Program-made: the position numbers and the translations under genes
Notes under the pieces: generated by a model
Database searches by the model: none
Told to the model about the DNA's origin: nothing
The model's input: the letters and a program-made list of their open reading frames with translations, nothing else
Assembly (NCBI GenBank): GCA_022813865.1
Contig: JALDZX010000005.1
Span: forward strand, 186,001-250,000
DNA: 64,000 bases
Direction of reading: 5' to 3'
From: Xylographa opegraphella
Lineage: Eukaryota
Shown here: positions 38,316-49,805 of the stretch, piece by piece
Position numbering within the stretch: the stretch's first letter is position 1
Layout: each line of letters starts with the position of its first letter

Positions 38316-39568
38316 TCAATTCGTTTCAGCTATTTTATCCTTCGGCCACTGTATCGCGACCTGCCACTCCTGCGGAAGTGCTCCGCTCACAGCATCGACC
38401 ACCCACCGCCCCCACGTGCCGAACCACCAGCACTCCCGACTGTCGTGCAGGATGACGCCGTAATGGGCCAGTATGGCCAGGGCCATCGGCTCCCGCCGCG
38501 CCAGCGCGACCGGAAACGCACTCGTGATCATGATGGGCCACGAGAAGGCGCGGGCTCTGCTGCTCATGGACGTGAGCTGCTGCTCGAACACGGAGAGCAG
38601 GTTGCGGATGACGGAGCCGTAGACCTCGCGCACCAGCTCGTCCTCGGTCGCCACCCGGTTCCGTTCCGCCAGGGCGTGAAGAGCACCGACGGCGTCTGTC
38701 GGCGCCGGGAGCATTGCCAGGTCTTGCTCAAAGGCGATGAGCGGGCCGAGCTTGCTCCGAGCGATCGAGCCCCTCGCGACGTCCAGCACAGCATAGATGC
38801 CTCGCATCAGCTTGAAGATGGCGAGGAGGTCTGCGATCGGGTCGGCTGGCGGTGTGCCGGACACCTGGGGCAGGGCGAAGGCGATCATGGCGGCTACGGC
38901 GGAATAAGCGAAGACGGCGGCGCTGTTCTCCTCCGTGAGGGCGCTGAGCGTCGGCCGGAAGAGGATGATGGCCATGTCCTGATGACGGACGGCGACGTCG
39001 TAGTAGAACCGTTGCTGAGAAGGATGGGAATTGGCCAGGTGGAGGGCAGTGATGGCCAGCAAGCCGTGCATCAGGAACGGGTGGGATTCGGCTTCCTGGG
39101 GGATGACGTCCTGCCAATACACATTGAACGACGTCCTCCCGGCGAGGAGTAATGAGGTCGTGAGAGCGTAGTGGCGCATCAGGCTCAAGTCCAGAAGGAA
39201 CGCGTCCGTCAACACGTGCGGTTGAGCATTGGGTGGGACTACACCAAGGGTACCAGGGGTGGATGGCGTTGACAAGCTCGCCGCGACGTCTTCTGGTTGT
39301 GCGGGATGATCATTCGGGCTGCACGATGCACCGTGCAGAGGCTCTCGTGCATTGGAGGGATCTGCGCTTTCGCCAGAGAATTCGCACCGCCGTCGCTGCT
39401 TCACACAATGGCCGCAGACGGGCCGCTTCTCGTCGCACTGTGCTTCCGCAGAGCTGATGAGCCAGGGGAGCATTCGGCAGCGGAGACACCACCTGCCTTG
39501 ATTCTCTTGCTTTTACATTGAGCGCAGCCGAAACGCGATTTGACGTGCGATTTTCGGAGTCCCGTCAT
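38316..39568 (-). CDS. Zn(II)2Cys6 transcription factor, Upc2-like family
   Basis: RKSHVKSRFGCAQCKSKRIK | intron 39438-39496 with probable GC donor | CDEKRPVCGHCVKQRRRC. Also LDLSLMRHY, PFLMHGLLAITALH, WWFGTWG. An alternative ATG lies at 39607. Confidence 0.9.
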
Positions 39569-39632
39569 CAGGCAGGTCTTGCTATGCAGCAAATCGGTTT
39601 CTCGCATGGTTGAGTATCGAGGTTTGCGGGCG

Positions 39633-39971
39633 TCGTATCGTCGTATAAGAATCGGTGATTGCTGCTGGGAGGCGGGTTATTCGGGGTGTTGCAGGCCTTC
39701 GGATCAACCGTGTCTGCGCAGCCGGAACGGACCGCGCGTCGCCAAAGCCATCCGTGCTAGGGACCGAATACTGAAGTAGGCAAAGCTTACGAGGAATACG
39801 ATGGCCAATCGCGTTGCTGATTCGATTCAGGTGAGAAGAATTGTTTATAATGTACGAGATGGAAGCATTTTCTTCTGGAGAGCACTCTCTCCTGTCAGCA
39901 GTTTGGTACCGGCGTTATCACATCAGTAGCAAGAGTCCTTCGTGATCAATCAAGCTTCAAGCTCTCTACGA
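39633..39971. promoter_or_regulatory. Cluster of TCGTA/TACGA (SRE-like) sites in the divergent TF/RTA1 promoter
   Basis: TCGTA at 39633 and 39641 (the latter a full TCGTATA); TACGA at 39788, 39797, 39853 and 39967. Confidence 0.55.
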
Positions 39972-40906
39972 TGGCAGACTCTCGCTTCGCCTACTACCGC
40001 TACGATCCTTCCCTACCAGCAGCTGTCATCTTCATCGTGCTCTTCATTGCGGCTACTGCCCTGCATATATTTCGTCTGTTCCGTACCCGCACATGGTTCT
40101 TCATACCTTTGATCGTTGGAGGCTTCTGTAAGCAATCCTACCAATATCTGGCTATCCGGAAAGTGCCTTCACTGATATGAGTTGTTCCCTCCTAGTTGAA
40201 TGGATCGGCTATGTCGGCCGCGCACTATCCGCCTCCCAGACTCCTGATTGGACCCTTGGCCCATATATCATTCAAGCCCTCCTCCTCCTCGTTGCTCCCG
40301 CCCTTTTCGCCGCTAGCATTTACATGCAGTTGGGAAGAATCATACTCGCAACCGATGGCGAGAAGTACTCTCTGATTAAGAGGACATGGTTGACAAAGAT
40401 CTTCGTCATGGGCGATGTTCTATCGTTCGGGGTTCAAGCGGCCGGTAAGCGCCCCACAATAAAGTTCTGCCCATGAACTGACATAACATGATGCAGGCGG
40501 CGGCATCATGGCCGGTGGAACCGAAGCGTCCTTCAACAGTGGCCAGACCGTCGTCGTCGTGGGACTTATCCTGCAGATCGTCTTCTTCAGCCTCTTCACC
40601 GTCGTGGCCTTTGTCTTCAACCATCGGCTGCGGAGAGCCTTCAGCAAGACCGCTACGGAGGCGGGAGGCACGCACCAGAAGCATTTGAATGCTCTATACT
40701 TATCCAGTCTCTTGATCATGGTGCGCTCAATCTTCAGGGTCGTGGAGTATGCCCTGGGCAACGATGGCTACCTCATGCAACATGAGTGGTTTCTGTACGT
40801 GTTCGATGCTGTTCTGATGGTCGGCGTGATGGTGGTGTTCTTGGTCGTGCATCCAGGCCAAGTCAGCACAAATCCCAAGGGCAGGAATGCGACTGGTTGG
40901 GCCTAG
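39971..40906 (+). CDS. RTA1-like (lipid-translocating exporter) 7-TM protein, 3 exons
   Basis: YYRYDPSLPAAVIF, LLLVAPALFAASIYMQLGRII, TKIFVMGDVLSF, RSIFRVVEY, EWFLYVFDA. Introns 40128-40195 and 40445-40496. Confidence 0.92.
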
Positions 40907-42165
40907 ATAGGGTACTGGGGACTCCCTATCGAGTGCACGTGTTTATCCCCTTGCGCTTCCCCACCATCCCAGCGTATGGGCCATCTCTCTGCATATAAAA
41001 CGAATAAGCGCCTCGCAGAAAATAATGGTTCAGCAGTATGAGCCTTTGATTTTTAGCGGAACGGTTTCATTCACTTCTTGGGATCAGCGAGTCAGGAGCG
41101 CTACGTTTGGCCTTCAGCGGAGGCATGTTCTTTTCGGCGTTGTTCGGCTGGTGGTACATAGACGAATCAAGAGGCGTCTGTAGACAGTAATAGAAGGCGG
41201 TATCAAGGGTGCTTCATGTCCTTGTGCCGTCATAACCATCTTATCCACTTCTTTGACCACTGAAGTCCTTGAAGTCGGACCTAAGCTCGGGACTCGACTC
41301 ATTGTGAACCTAGAATTTACTCTAGAGACTAACTAGTGTAGGATATCCTAGCTAGCGGAAGTGGATCGGGCCGAAGTCTATCGGTCCTGAGCATCTCTCG
41401 ACAGCGTCTGTGCTGCATTCCTCCTGTTTTGATGGGAGTCCTTCAATCCTGGATGAGTCGGCCTTTGTCGCAGATAACGGGAACCGTCGGTGTATATTTG
41501 GTTCGGAGATAACCAGATTCCAACCAGGAGGATATCACTACTACATTTCTCCTGTATTCTTTCCTTCGAGTTGAAGTGTTTATTCTCCTTGTCATGTTGT
41601 TCCGGAGATGCCATGACCTCCTTTGCTAGGTCGGAGAATTCAGTCCAATATCTACAATCTCTCGGTTCTTCTCTTGCTTTATCTGACACCATTCACCCAT
41701 GCTTGTGTCGCTTATGTGTCGTGACGAAGGTCCGTGAGTTTGCACGCTAGCTATCTTAGCGATCAACGACCATGAAGAAGCAAAGCAGTCCATTGGCCTA
41801 GCTAGGCAGCTTCGCTCTACAGCAGAATGTTTTGTTGGCCGAAGCTATAACGGATTGCTTTCTCGAAAAATATGAGCTACCTCTTGTTGAGGAGGCGGCT
41901 TCCTTAGTATAGACATTCCGAGGTTTGGTGCCCAAGCTCCTCGGCTATCTTATGCTTCTCTCCACCCTGTCTCAAAGTTGCGCATACATGAGAGCGGGAC
42001 GGGAGAACATCCTCTGTTGATGCATTTCATGTTTCGTGAGCACTGCCACGTATATGGACTCGACCTTTGTCGCAATGGCCATGCTGTTTGTAGAAGACCC
42101 ATCGTTCAACCTCGTTGTTGGATTGCCCTTGATGAAGGACGACTGCCTCGTACCATCGACACATC

Positions 42166-43268
42166 ATGTCACGACGTGCCCTACTCTCGGATCTTCTGCT
42201 ACAGCTATCTCTTCTGTTCAGCTTTCTCGATCTGTCGTTTGCTCAGCAATGCTGGTTTCCGGATGGGGTGACCTTGGCCCCGGCGGACATTCCGTGCCAG
42301 AACAAGTCCTCTGGTGAACATACATCGTGCTGCGGCCTCCAAGCCGACGGATCGCCTGCCTACTGTCTTTCCAATGGCCTTTGCTGGGGGAACATGATAG
42401 TCTCTCGAGGGTCCTGCACAGACCAGAGCTGGAAGTCGGGAGCCTGCGGACAGTACTGTCTAGGTAGGGGCAAGCACGTTCCCATGGTCCTTTCCACCAG
42501 ATCTACTCCCACACCACCTTCATCCCATCTTCCCAGCCCCCCCCTCCCTTGAAGTAACACCCCCTCTAATACCATCTTCTCCATCCAGACATGCGAGCAG
42601 GCGGAGTCGTCATGACGCCCTGCTCCAACAACACCTGGGGCTGCGGCCTAGAATGCGGAACCAACACCTTCCCCCTCCCCCCTGGCAGCCTCCAAATCTC
42701 CGACGCCAACTCCGCCGCCCTCAAACCCAACAACCAGACCGCCCCCTCCGCCTCTTCCTCCTCCGTCACCACCCCTCCAACCTCCACCCCCATAACCTCC
42801 ACCCCCATAGCAGCCACCACCCCACCAACCCCCGCCCCCGCCGCGAGCTGCTCCACCCCCCCTCCTCCCCTTCCCCCACCCCACCTCTCCACCCCCAACA
42901 TCATCGGCATCTGCATCGGCATCCCCCTCGGCCTCGCCTTCGCCCTCACCGCCTTGCTCCTCCTGCACGAGCGCCGCAAACTGCTCCAGACGCGCAGAGC
43001 GCTGGTGCTGCTCTACGAGCGCAGACCGGCCGCGCACACGGTCCTCCACCACGGCGCCGACGCGGCGAAGCTGCACTTCGTGCCACGCCAGCCAGAGCAG
43101 CCGCCTGATGAGCAGAGCTGGCAGCCGCCGTGTGTGGGCCTGGGGGAGGGGGATGGGGGGAGGGAGGAGGGGGGGAGTGGGGAGGTGGGGTTTGGGATGG
43201 CGGTGGGAATGGGACTGGCGGAGAAAATGAAAATTGTGGAGGGCGGGACGCTGCAAGAGTTACCGTGA
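42166..43268 (+). CDS. Type I membrane protein: signal peptide, Cys-rich ectodomain, Ser/Thr/Pro stalk, single TM (Mid2-like surface sensor)
   Basis: CWFPDG..PC..CCG..CLSNGLC..RGSCTDQSWKSGACGQYC, intron 42463-42588, stalk, TM IIGICIGIPLGLAFALTALLLL followed by HERRK; ends LQELP*. Confidence 0.8.
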
Positions 43269-44532
43269 TGGTTGAGGCGGGGCTTGGGTGGGGGGCGAGT
43301 ATAGAGCGGAGATGAAGGGGGGTGCTGGACCACGCTCCTTTGTTCGGATATTGGAAAAAAGCTGAAGCACGCTACCTTATACAGCTAGACGCCTATTTAT
43401 AGTGGGAAGAAATCTCAACGCGCACCCAGAATACTCACGTCGCAGACAAAAAGCCTCCCTCCCTCCCTCCCTCCCTCCTGCCCACCATGCATGACTGCCC
43501 GTGCGCTCTGCTCCGCTGTGAAAGCTTTCTTTGGTTTCCCCCCATCGGGTTTTCAGCATAAGCACAAGCACCCTCCACCCCCCATTCACTACGCTATCCA
43601 ACCCCTCCTCAGCCCCCCCCCCTCCCCCTCTCCCTCCCCATCCCTAGCTCCGGACTAGCAATCATGTTTCCGTACACCATTCCCCGCTCCGGGATAACGC
43701 GCACGCGAGGTAGTAGGCCGTAATATTAATAACGAGAGCGAGTAGCAGGACGGCGATGAGCAGTAGCAGGACGCCGTGTCCATTAAAATAAGCTTGGGGG
43801 GGTGTATGAGAGGGTAAGTTCTTCGGAGCTATATGGGGTAGATACCAGGAACCAAGCATCTGGAAAGCTCTGTGCGAGGGGGAGGGCGCGGTGCCTGGCT
43901 TGGAGGTTCGAGCTGCGGCTGGGGCGTGCGGGTTGGAGGATGTGGAGAGGGAGGGCAGACAAGGAGGGGGGGAGCGGCGGCAAAGCCCTGCGCTGTGGGT
44001 GTGTGTGCGGCGGATGGGAGTGGTGGTATGTTATGCATGGGTGGCAGAGGGTGCGTAGGAATAGAAACGCCAAGATGGATTTTCCGAAGGAGGGAGCACG
44101 TCCGCTACGAAAAGCGGAGGGTGGACGCGGATATTCGGGGTGGTATATGGATATCAAACATGGGAACCACGGCTGGAAAAGGCAAACCACACATCTGTGC
44201 GTGGAGAGAAAGCGGTGACGTTTGAGAATCAGTGCTGCAATAGATATTGGTATCATTTGGCCCCCAAGTGCTAAGCTACCTGACCGGAACAACTGCTCCC
44301 GGAGGGAGTATTAAAAGACATCCCCAGTGATCAATATGTGCAAGGAAATGCAAGTAGTCGAAAGCGCGCATCGTCGTCAGATGGAGACCAGACACCTTCC
44401 CCGGACCTCCGAAAGCCCAAAAGCAACCGTTTTGCATGGAAATATTGTACCTTTCACCGAATACTGACCCGTACTCAAGTTCCACTTCCCTTAACGTCGT
44501 GCAAAGTATGAAGCTAGAAGTTGTCGCCATGT

Positions 44533-45304
44533 CTATCTGATAATGCCATCACCCTTGGCTGGTGGTGGTCCATCGGGTGCCCGATAAGCATTCTCCACAC
44601 CATGCGGCTGATAAGAGTTGTTTGGCTGTTGAAGTTCGATACCGCTCTGCTGTCCGCCAAAGTAACTCTGATTCGCACCGCCGTTTCCATTTCCGTAGTA
44701 GGTGCCCTCCTTGGGAGGCTCGTAGGTTGGCGGGGCAGCATTTGGAGTGCCATTGTTGTTGTTGTAGTAATTCGGGTTGTTATTTCCATATGGCTGCACT
44801 GGAGGCTGGTATTGATTATGGGTGGTGGTCACTGGGCCATGATGGGCCCAGCCAGTCATGCGGTATGGCTGTAGACCGCGACGCTTACGACGTCGTGCAC
44901 TGAGACATCTGCAACACAGTCAGACAGAACATGATGCACTCAGGTTGGGAGGGGGTGGGGAGGTGCTCACGAGAAGGCTAGGAAGAATAAGAGAGCGGCA
45001 GCAATGATAGCGGCGAGGAGGATCCAGCGACCATAGGAAGAAAAGGCGCTGTTGTTGCACGCGTAATTGTAGCTATAACCGCCACAGCTGCAGAGGAAGT
45101 ATTGTCAGCCTGATGATCGAGAAACGAGTTGCAGATCATGTAACGGTGTGCAGATGTTGAGCGGCGGGAGGCTCTGAGCCGCTTCACGAATGGTACGACT
45201 CCAGCCTTGCGATTGTAACACTTGCCGAAAACAAGAATTGTATAGATAGAAAGCATAGGAAGGGCATCTTACTAGTACTGTCGTCGCTCCAAGGCTGGTG
45301 CCAT
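44533..45304 (-). CDS. RCR-family (chitin synthesis regulation / Congo red resistance-like) small membrane protein, 3 exons
   Basis: Spliced product MAPALERRQYYCGGYSYNYACNNSAFSSYGRWILLAAIIAAALLFFLAFSCLSARRRKRRGLQPYRMTGW..APPTYEP..PDGPPPAK. Introns about 45088-45272 and 44909-44970. Confidence 0.8.
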
Positions 45305-45874
45305 TGTACTTTGCTGGTCGACGTCAACGTATGTTTGTTGAAAGTGGGAAGTTTGTGGTCGTGGTCGATGCGACGCGATCGGACACTAGCCACACAAGAT
45401 CTGATGTGGCGTGAGATAGGAAGGGAGGATGAAGGATGATCTAAGAGAGGTGAAGGAAATGGGAAGATGTGCGAGTATTAAATGAATGAAGTTTTGCCTC
45501 TCGTGCATTGACGACGAGGACGCTGGGCAAGGTAGGCTGTGCAAGTGGCTGATCGGACGCATCGGAGTGTGGAGGTCATGACGGCGTGGACAGCCGAAAG
45601 CCTCACGCCCGATCGAGTATGGCGCGAGTGCTGCGCTTTCACCGGATCGGTCTGTTGCAGCTCTCGATGACGCAGCCTCGCTTCTCGCCGTCCAGCTCTA
45701 TGTCTGAGGAATCTCAATGTACACCCTAGGGAGAGTACTATGTAGTAATATTTGGAAGAGTCTCGACTCTCAATAATAGGATAGAACAATCTGGACTTTC
45801 ACGTCTGCATGACCACCTCTCAAATGTTCTAACAAGCAACCTCTTGTTCTCAATCACCGCCAACACACTTGGTC

Positions 45875-46828
45875 TCATCCCTTCACCGCCGCCAGTGCCT
45901 GATGGCCGATTCTGACCAAGTCCTCATTCTCAAGCGGTTCCTTTTCGAAGCCGTTGACAATCTCATGCAGCATCGCGGCCGAGATCTCCGCCACCGTGAT
46001 ATTCGGCACCGACATCACATATTTCAATATCGTCGCGCCGACCATCTTCAGGTATTGTCCTGGCCCGATAATCATCCCGGGTTTTGCCACACAGGCCTCC
46101 ATGTCCCCCTTGTGCTCTGCGGCGAACGCGAGGACCTGACTCTCGGTCTCGCCCTAGAAGTCGCCAGAGCGGTCAGCTTGGACGACCAGATTCAGTGATC
46201 ACGCCAGGATCACACGTGTAGGCCGACGTTGGTACTCACTCGCATCAAGGAATACTGCGGCATGAAGCTTGGGGTCTTGCTTTGGTCGCGCTCTGCCGCG
46301 GTGCCGCTCATGTATAAGAAGCGGAATGGTTGAAGGCTCTTCTGATCTCCAGCCTCGTTGTGCGCCTCCAACATGGCCTGGAGCCCGGCGAGCGTGTGCT
46401 CGTGACACACGCGACGAAGCTCATCGAAATCGAGCCCGCGTGACTTGTTTGGGGTAATTGCAACAGTCCTAGTCATAATGATTCAGCACGGTTTTACTTG
46501 GTGACTTTGCTTATGAGGTGGGCCACAGTGACAGCCCAGGACGAAGGTGATTGGAGCGGTTAGACTGAAGACGGAAAGGTAATTGAACATACCAAATGCA
46601 GGCGTTCGCGCCAGCGAGCTGCTTCTTCACGTTTTCTGGATAACTACTGTAGTCTTCGAGAGTAACGCTGTGTAGCTTGGAGGCGTCTGCGTGCTGGTCG
46701 AGGTTGGAGGGCGCCGACACGGGGCGACGTGCCAGTGCGATCACAGAGGTGATCTGGGGAATGCTGAGGCATTGACGGATAATCTCCGTGGCAACAAAGC
46801 CGGACGCACCGGCAACAACGAGCTTCAT
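45875..46828 (-). CDS. Atypical NAD(P)-binding Rossmann protein (Fmp52/TIP30-like, NDP-sugar epimerase-like), 3 exons
   Basis: MKLVVAGASGFVATEIIRQCL, ALARR, ACIW|TVAITP, FRFLYMSG, AKPGMI, LENEDL. Confidence 0.82.
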
Positions 46829-48057
46829 GGCTGCTACGCGGTGCTGTTCCGAAGGGGTCGACACAGAGAACGAGGAGTCAGAAATGGCAGTGTCTACTCC
46901 CTATCAAGCTCCCTATCCAATACTGCTGTTTTGATAGTGAGCCGGAATGTGATTGTGAGATGTGAAGTCCACTGTGGAGCTTCAGATGTTGGTGAATCTC
47001 AAGATTGACAGAATAAGAAGAAGGAAAGGCGGAGGGGTCTGCATTCAAGTAAGGTGCTCGCTCATCCTTCGTTACACAGTTATGTGGGGGGTCGGCATAG
47101 AAGCCCGAAGCAGCGATTCGTAGCAGGGCGTAGCTTCCTCCATTAAGTCCTAACGCCGAAGCGAAAGCACACTGTATGTGTTCTTGTCAGTTGCAGTCCA
47201 AAATACCCGCTCGAGCCGCGAATGAGTACGATACCTTACCGTCCTTGACAAAAAAAGGCACATGGCAACCGCAGGGTCAAATATCTCGAAGAATGTATCA
47301 CGTGATTACCACACAAACGTTTTGAGGAGCTCCATTAAGGCTGAGCTAGTACCACTACTCCAAAGCGAAGCTTGGCAGATAACCCCGATCTAGCTTAGCG
47401 GCTGGCTGTATCGTCGGCAACGCATGACAGGGATCTCGCGTTCCTTAGTGGTGGATCGGTATGCACGATGTGCTGGCAATCAGTCGTGCAAGAAACTTCT
47501 TTATATTCCGCTCTACCATTCCCCATTCTTCCTCTTTCAAACAACCGGAGTCGCTAGCGATCAAGTTGTCGATTTTCGTCGATGCATTGTTGTGCGGCAT
47601 GGCCTCTCGTTCTCCTGCTGCCGTGGTTTCCTTTGGCGCATGAGTCTCGCCAACCCGAAGGCTTACCACACATGCTGCGTCTTGAATTCTTAAATGATTT
47701 CCGTCAGTGCGTATCCGTTATGTGGAGAGATCCCGCGCTGTGAGAACGACTTCATTTGTTTCTGCATATCTGGAAGAGAATCTATCGAAAATTATGATCG
47801 CGGCGCTGTGCTCGCCTATTACAATGCGGATCGAGGAACCCAAAACACTATACGATTGCGGCCCTCCAATGTCTGCGAATCCGCCATATCAGAGAGGAAA
47901 AGAATGAAAGCCCCAGTGAAGAGGTCGTGAGAAATATATCGTGCCATCGCTGGCGTGAATGCGTCTTTCAGTCATGTCGTCAAATCATAAAATGCTAACT
48001 CTGGACTGAGATCCTTCGCGTCAGTCCTCCTCCTCCGTGCTCGTGTTTGCCCGCTCA

Positions 48058-48996
48058 TCACTTGCTCTTCTTGGCGATGAGCCACGATAGAACTGCGTCG
48101 AGATTAGTTTCCTCCTTGGCACTGATTCCATAGCAGCTCGTCTCGCGATCCGTAACGTCCTTCAGGTTGAGGGCGTCGATGAGCTGATCGACCGACAGTT
48201 TCTCTGGCAGGTCGGACTTGTTCCCCAGAACAAGCAAGGGGATACCCTTCAAGACTGGCTTGTCGAGTAAGGCGTGGAGCTCTTCACCTGCTATCGGAAG
48301 GGCTTCCTTGTCGGCAGCATCCACGATGTACCTGGAGCAAAGTCAACGCAGAACAAGCCTTCGCTTAAAGATCCACATTCATACACTATGGCGTTCACAT
48401 TACGACAATACCGCTCCCACATCGAGCGGAACCGTGGCTGTCCACCCAGGTCCCAACTGCGGCGATCGTTAGTCCACTCAGCGGTCCACTAAAAGAAAGT
48501 TCCGGCCATGGGCTCACCACTTCAAAGTAACGTGACCCTTCTGGACCTTCTTCATGTTGAAGCCTACGGTGGGGATCGAGCTGGACGAGAATTGTCAGAT
48601 AAGAAGCCTTGCCATACTCACACGGCGATGACTCGTCCCAGCTTCACATACTCTGTTGTGAACTCGCCTCCCTGTGCGCAACTCGTTAGCTGCTCGCACC
48701 CCAACCATGGTCGACTGGTGATGTTGACAATGATATAACGAGATACTCACCGCCAGCACCCGCAAGAGCGAGGTCTTGCCCGCGTTTTGCAGACCTATCA
48801 TGGTGACGTCCATCTCCGTCGCCCTACCATCACGACGAGGCACCAGTCAGCATACTCGGCGCTTTGATTGCACAACCCGTTTGGGGGAACTCAGCAGCCT
48901 CTCTGGCGCGCGGAAAGGACCCAAGGGACGAAGAGGACGGACGGACCAGAAAAGACGCAGCAGCCAATCATAGATAACTTGGAACACGCCGGCCAT
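48058..48996 (-). CDS. ARL8: ADP-ribosylation factor-like GTPase Arl8, 6 exons
   Basis: [73 protein letters not shown]. Confidence 0.93.
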
Positions 48997-49805
48997 GTCG
49001 ACGACGGGGGCTATGAGAAGCTCCGTGCAAGAGATATTAGTTGTGAAAAGTGGGATGGCCAGTGGTTGCGAGAGGAAGGCAATGGGGGATCCTTGGTTGG
49101 TTTGTGCGCCGAGATTTAAAGCGGGGAGGGGGGGGGAGGGGAGGAATCTAATAAGTGAGAATGCCTGACTCGTAGTTGTGCACCTTAGACATATAGACGG
49201 CCGGCTCGGAAGAATTAGCACATCGCCGTCCTTTTTCTCTGGCGGTCTTGTGTCTGGTGGTGAAATGTGGTCTCAAGTGATTTTTCGAATGGGGCGATAA
49301 TGGCAATATGGCGAGAGGATCCTTTGCAGTTTTGGGTTTGTAGGTGCAGGTGATGCGGTTGGCGCCTAAGACTGGTGGTGGTGGAAGCTTACCTTAAGCA
49401 TTAGAGGACTGGGGTGGTTGTTGGCCTGGTCTGGTCTGGTCTGGTCTTCTTGTGCGGGAGCATTCAGCCAGTTTTTCTTTTGCTTCTTTCGCTGCAACGC
49501 CCGCCACGGCCGAGCTAGGCCGCAAGAGGCACCTCTGCTACTACAGTAGTCAGGTAATCGATAAGCGGCCCCGGCCCGAAGACGCCCGTCGTTTCCGTGA
49601 CCACAAAAATCCTCTCACCCCCCCCCGCAGGAGAAAATTATATTCGCTATTCCCCGTCGTTCGGTCGACTGCCCACAGGCACATATTCAAAGCCCTTCAC
49701 CGCTCTGCCCGACCATGATCCACGAACAAAGCCTCGAGAGTCGCGTCGGTGTGACCATGTCTCGAACAATCCATTGCTTCGACTAGATCGAGTCGTGTGT
49801 GCATC

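Noticed and set aside
43662..43859. 65-aa ORF with a hydrophobic stretch (VLLLLIAVLLLALVINITAYYL)
   Set aside because: No clear ATG or gene structure; lies in a compositionally skewed island.
47445..47669. Short protein-like ORF downstream of ARL8
   Set aside because: No homology recognised and no coherent splice model.
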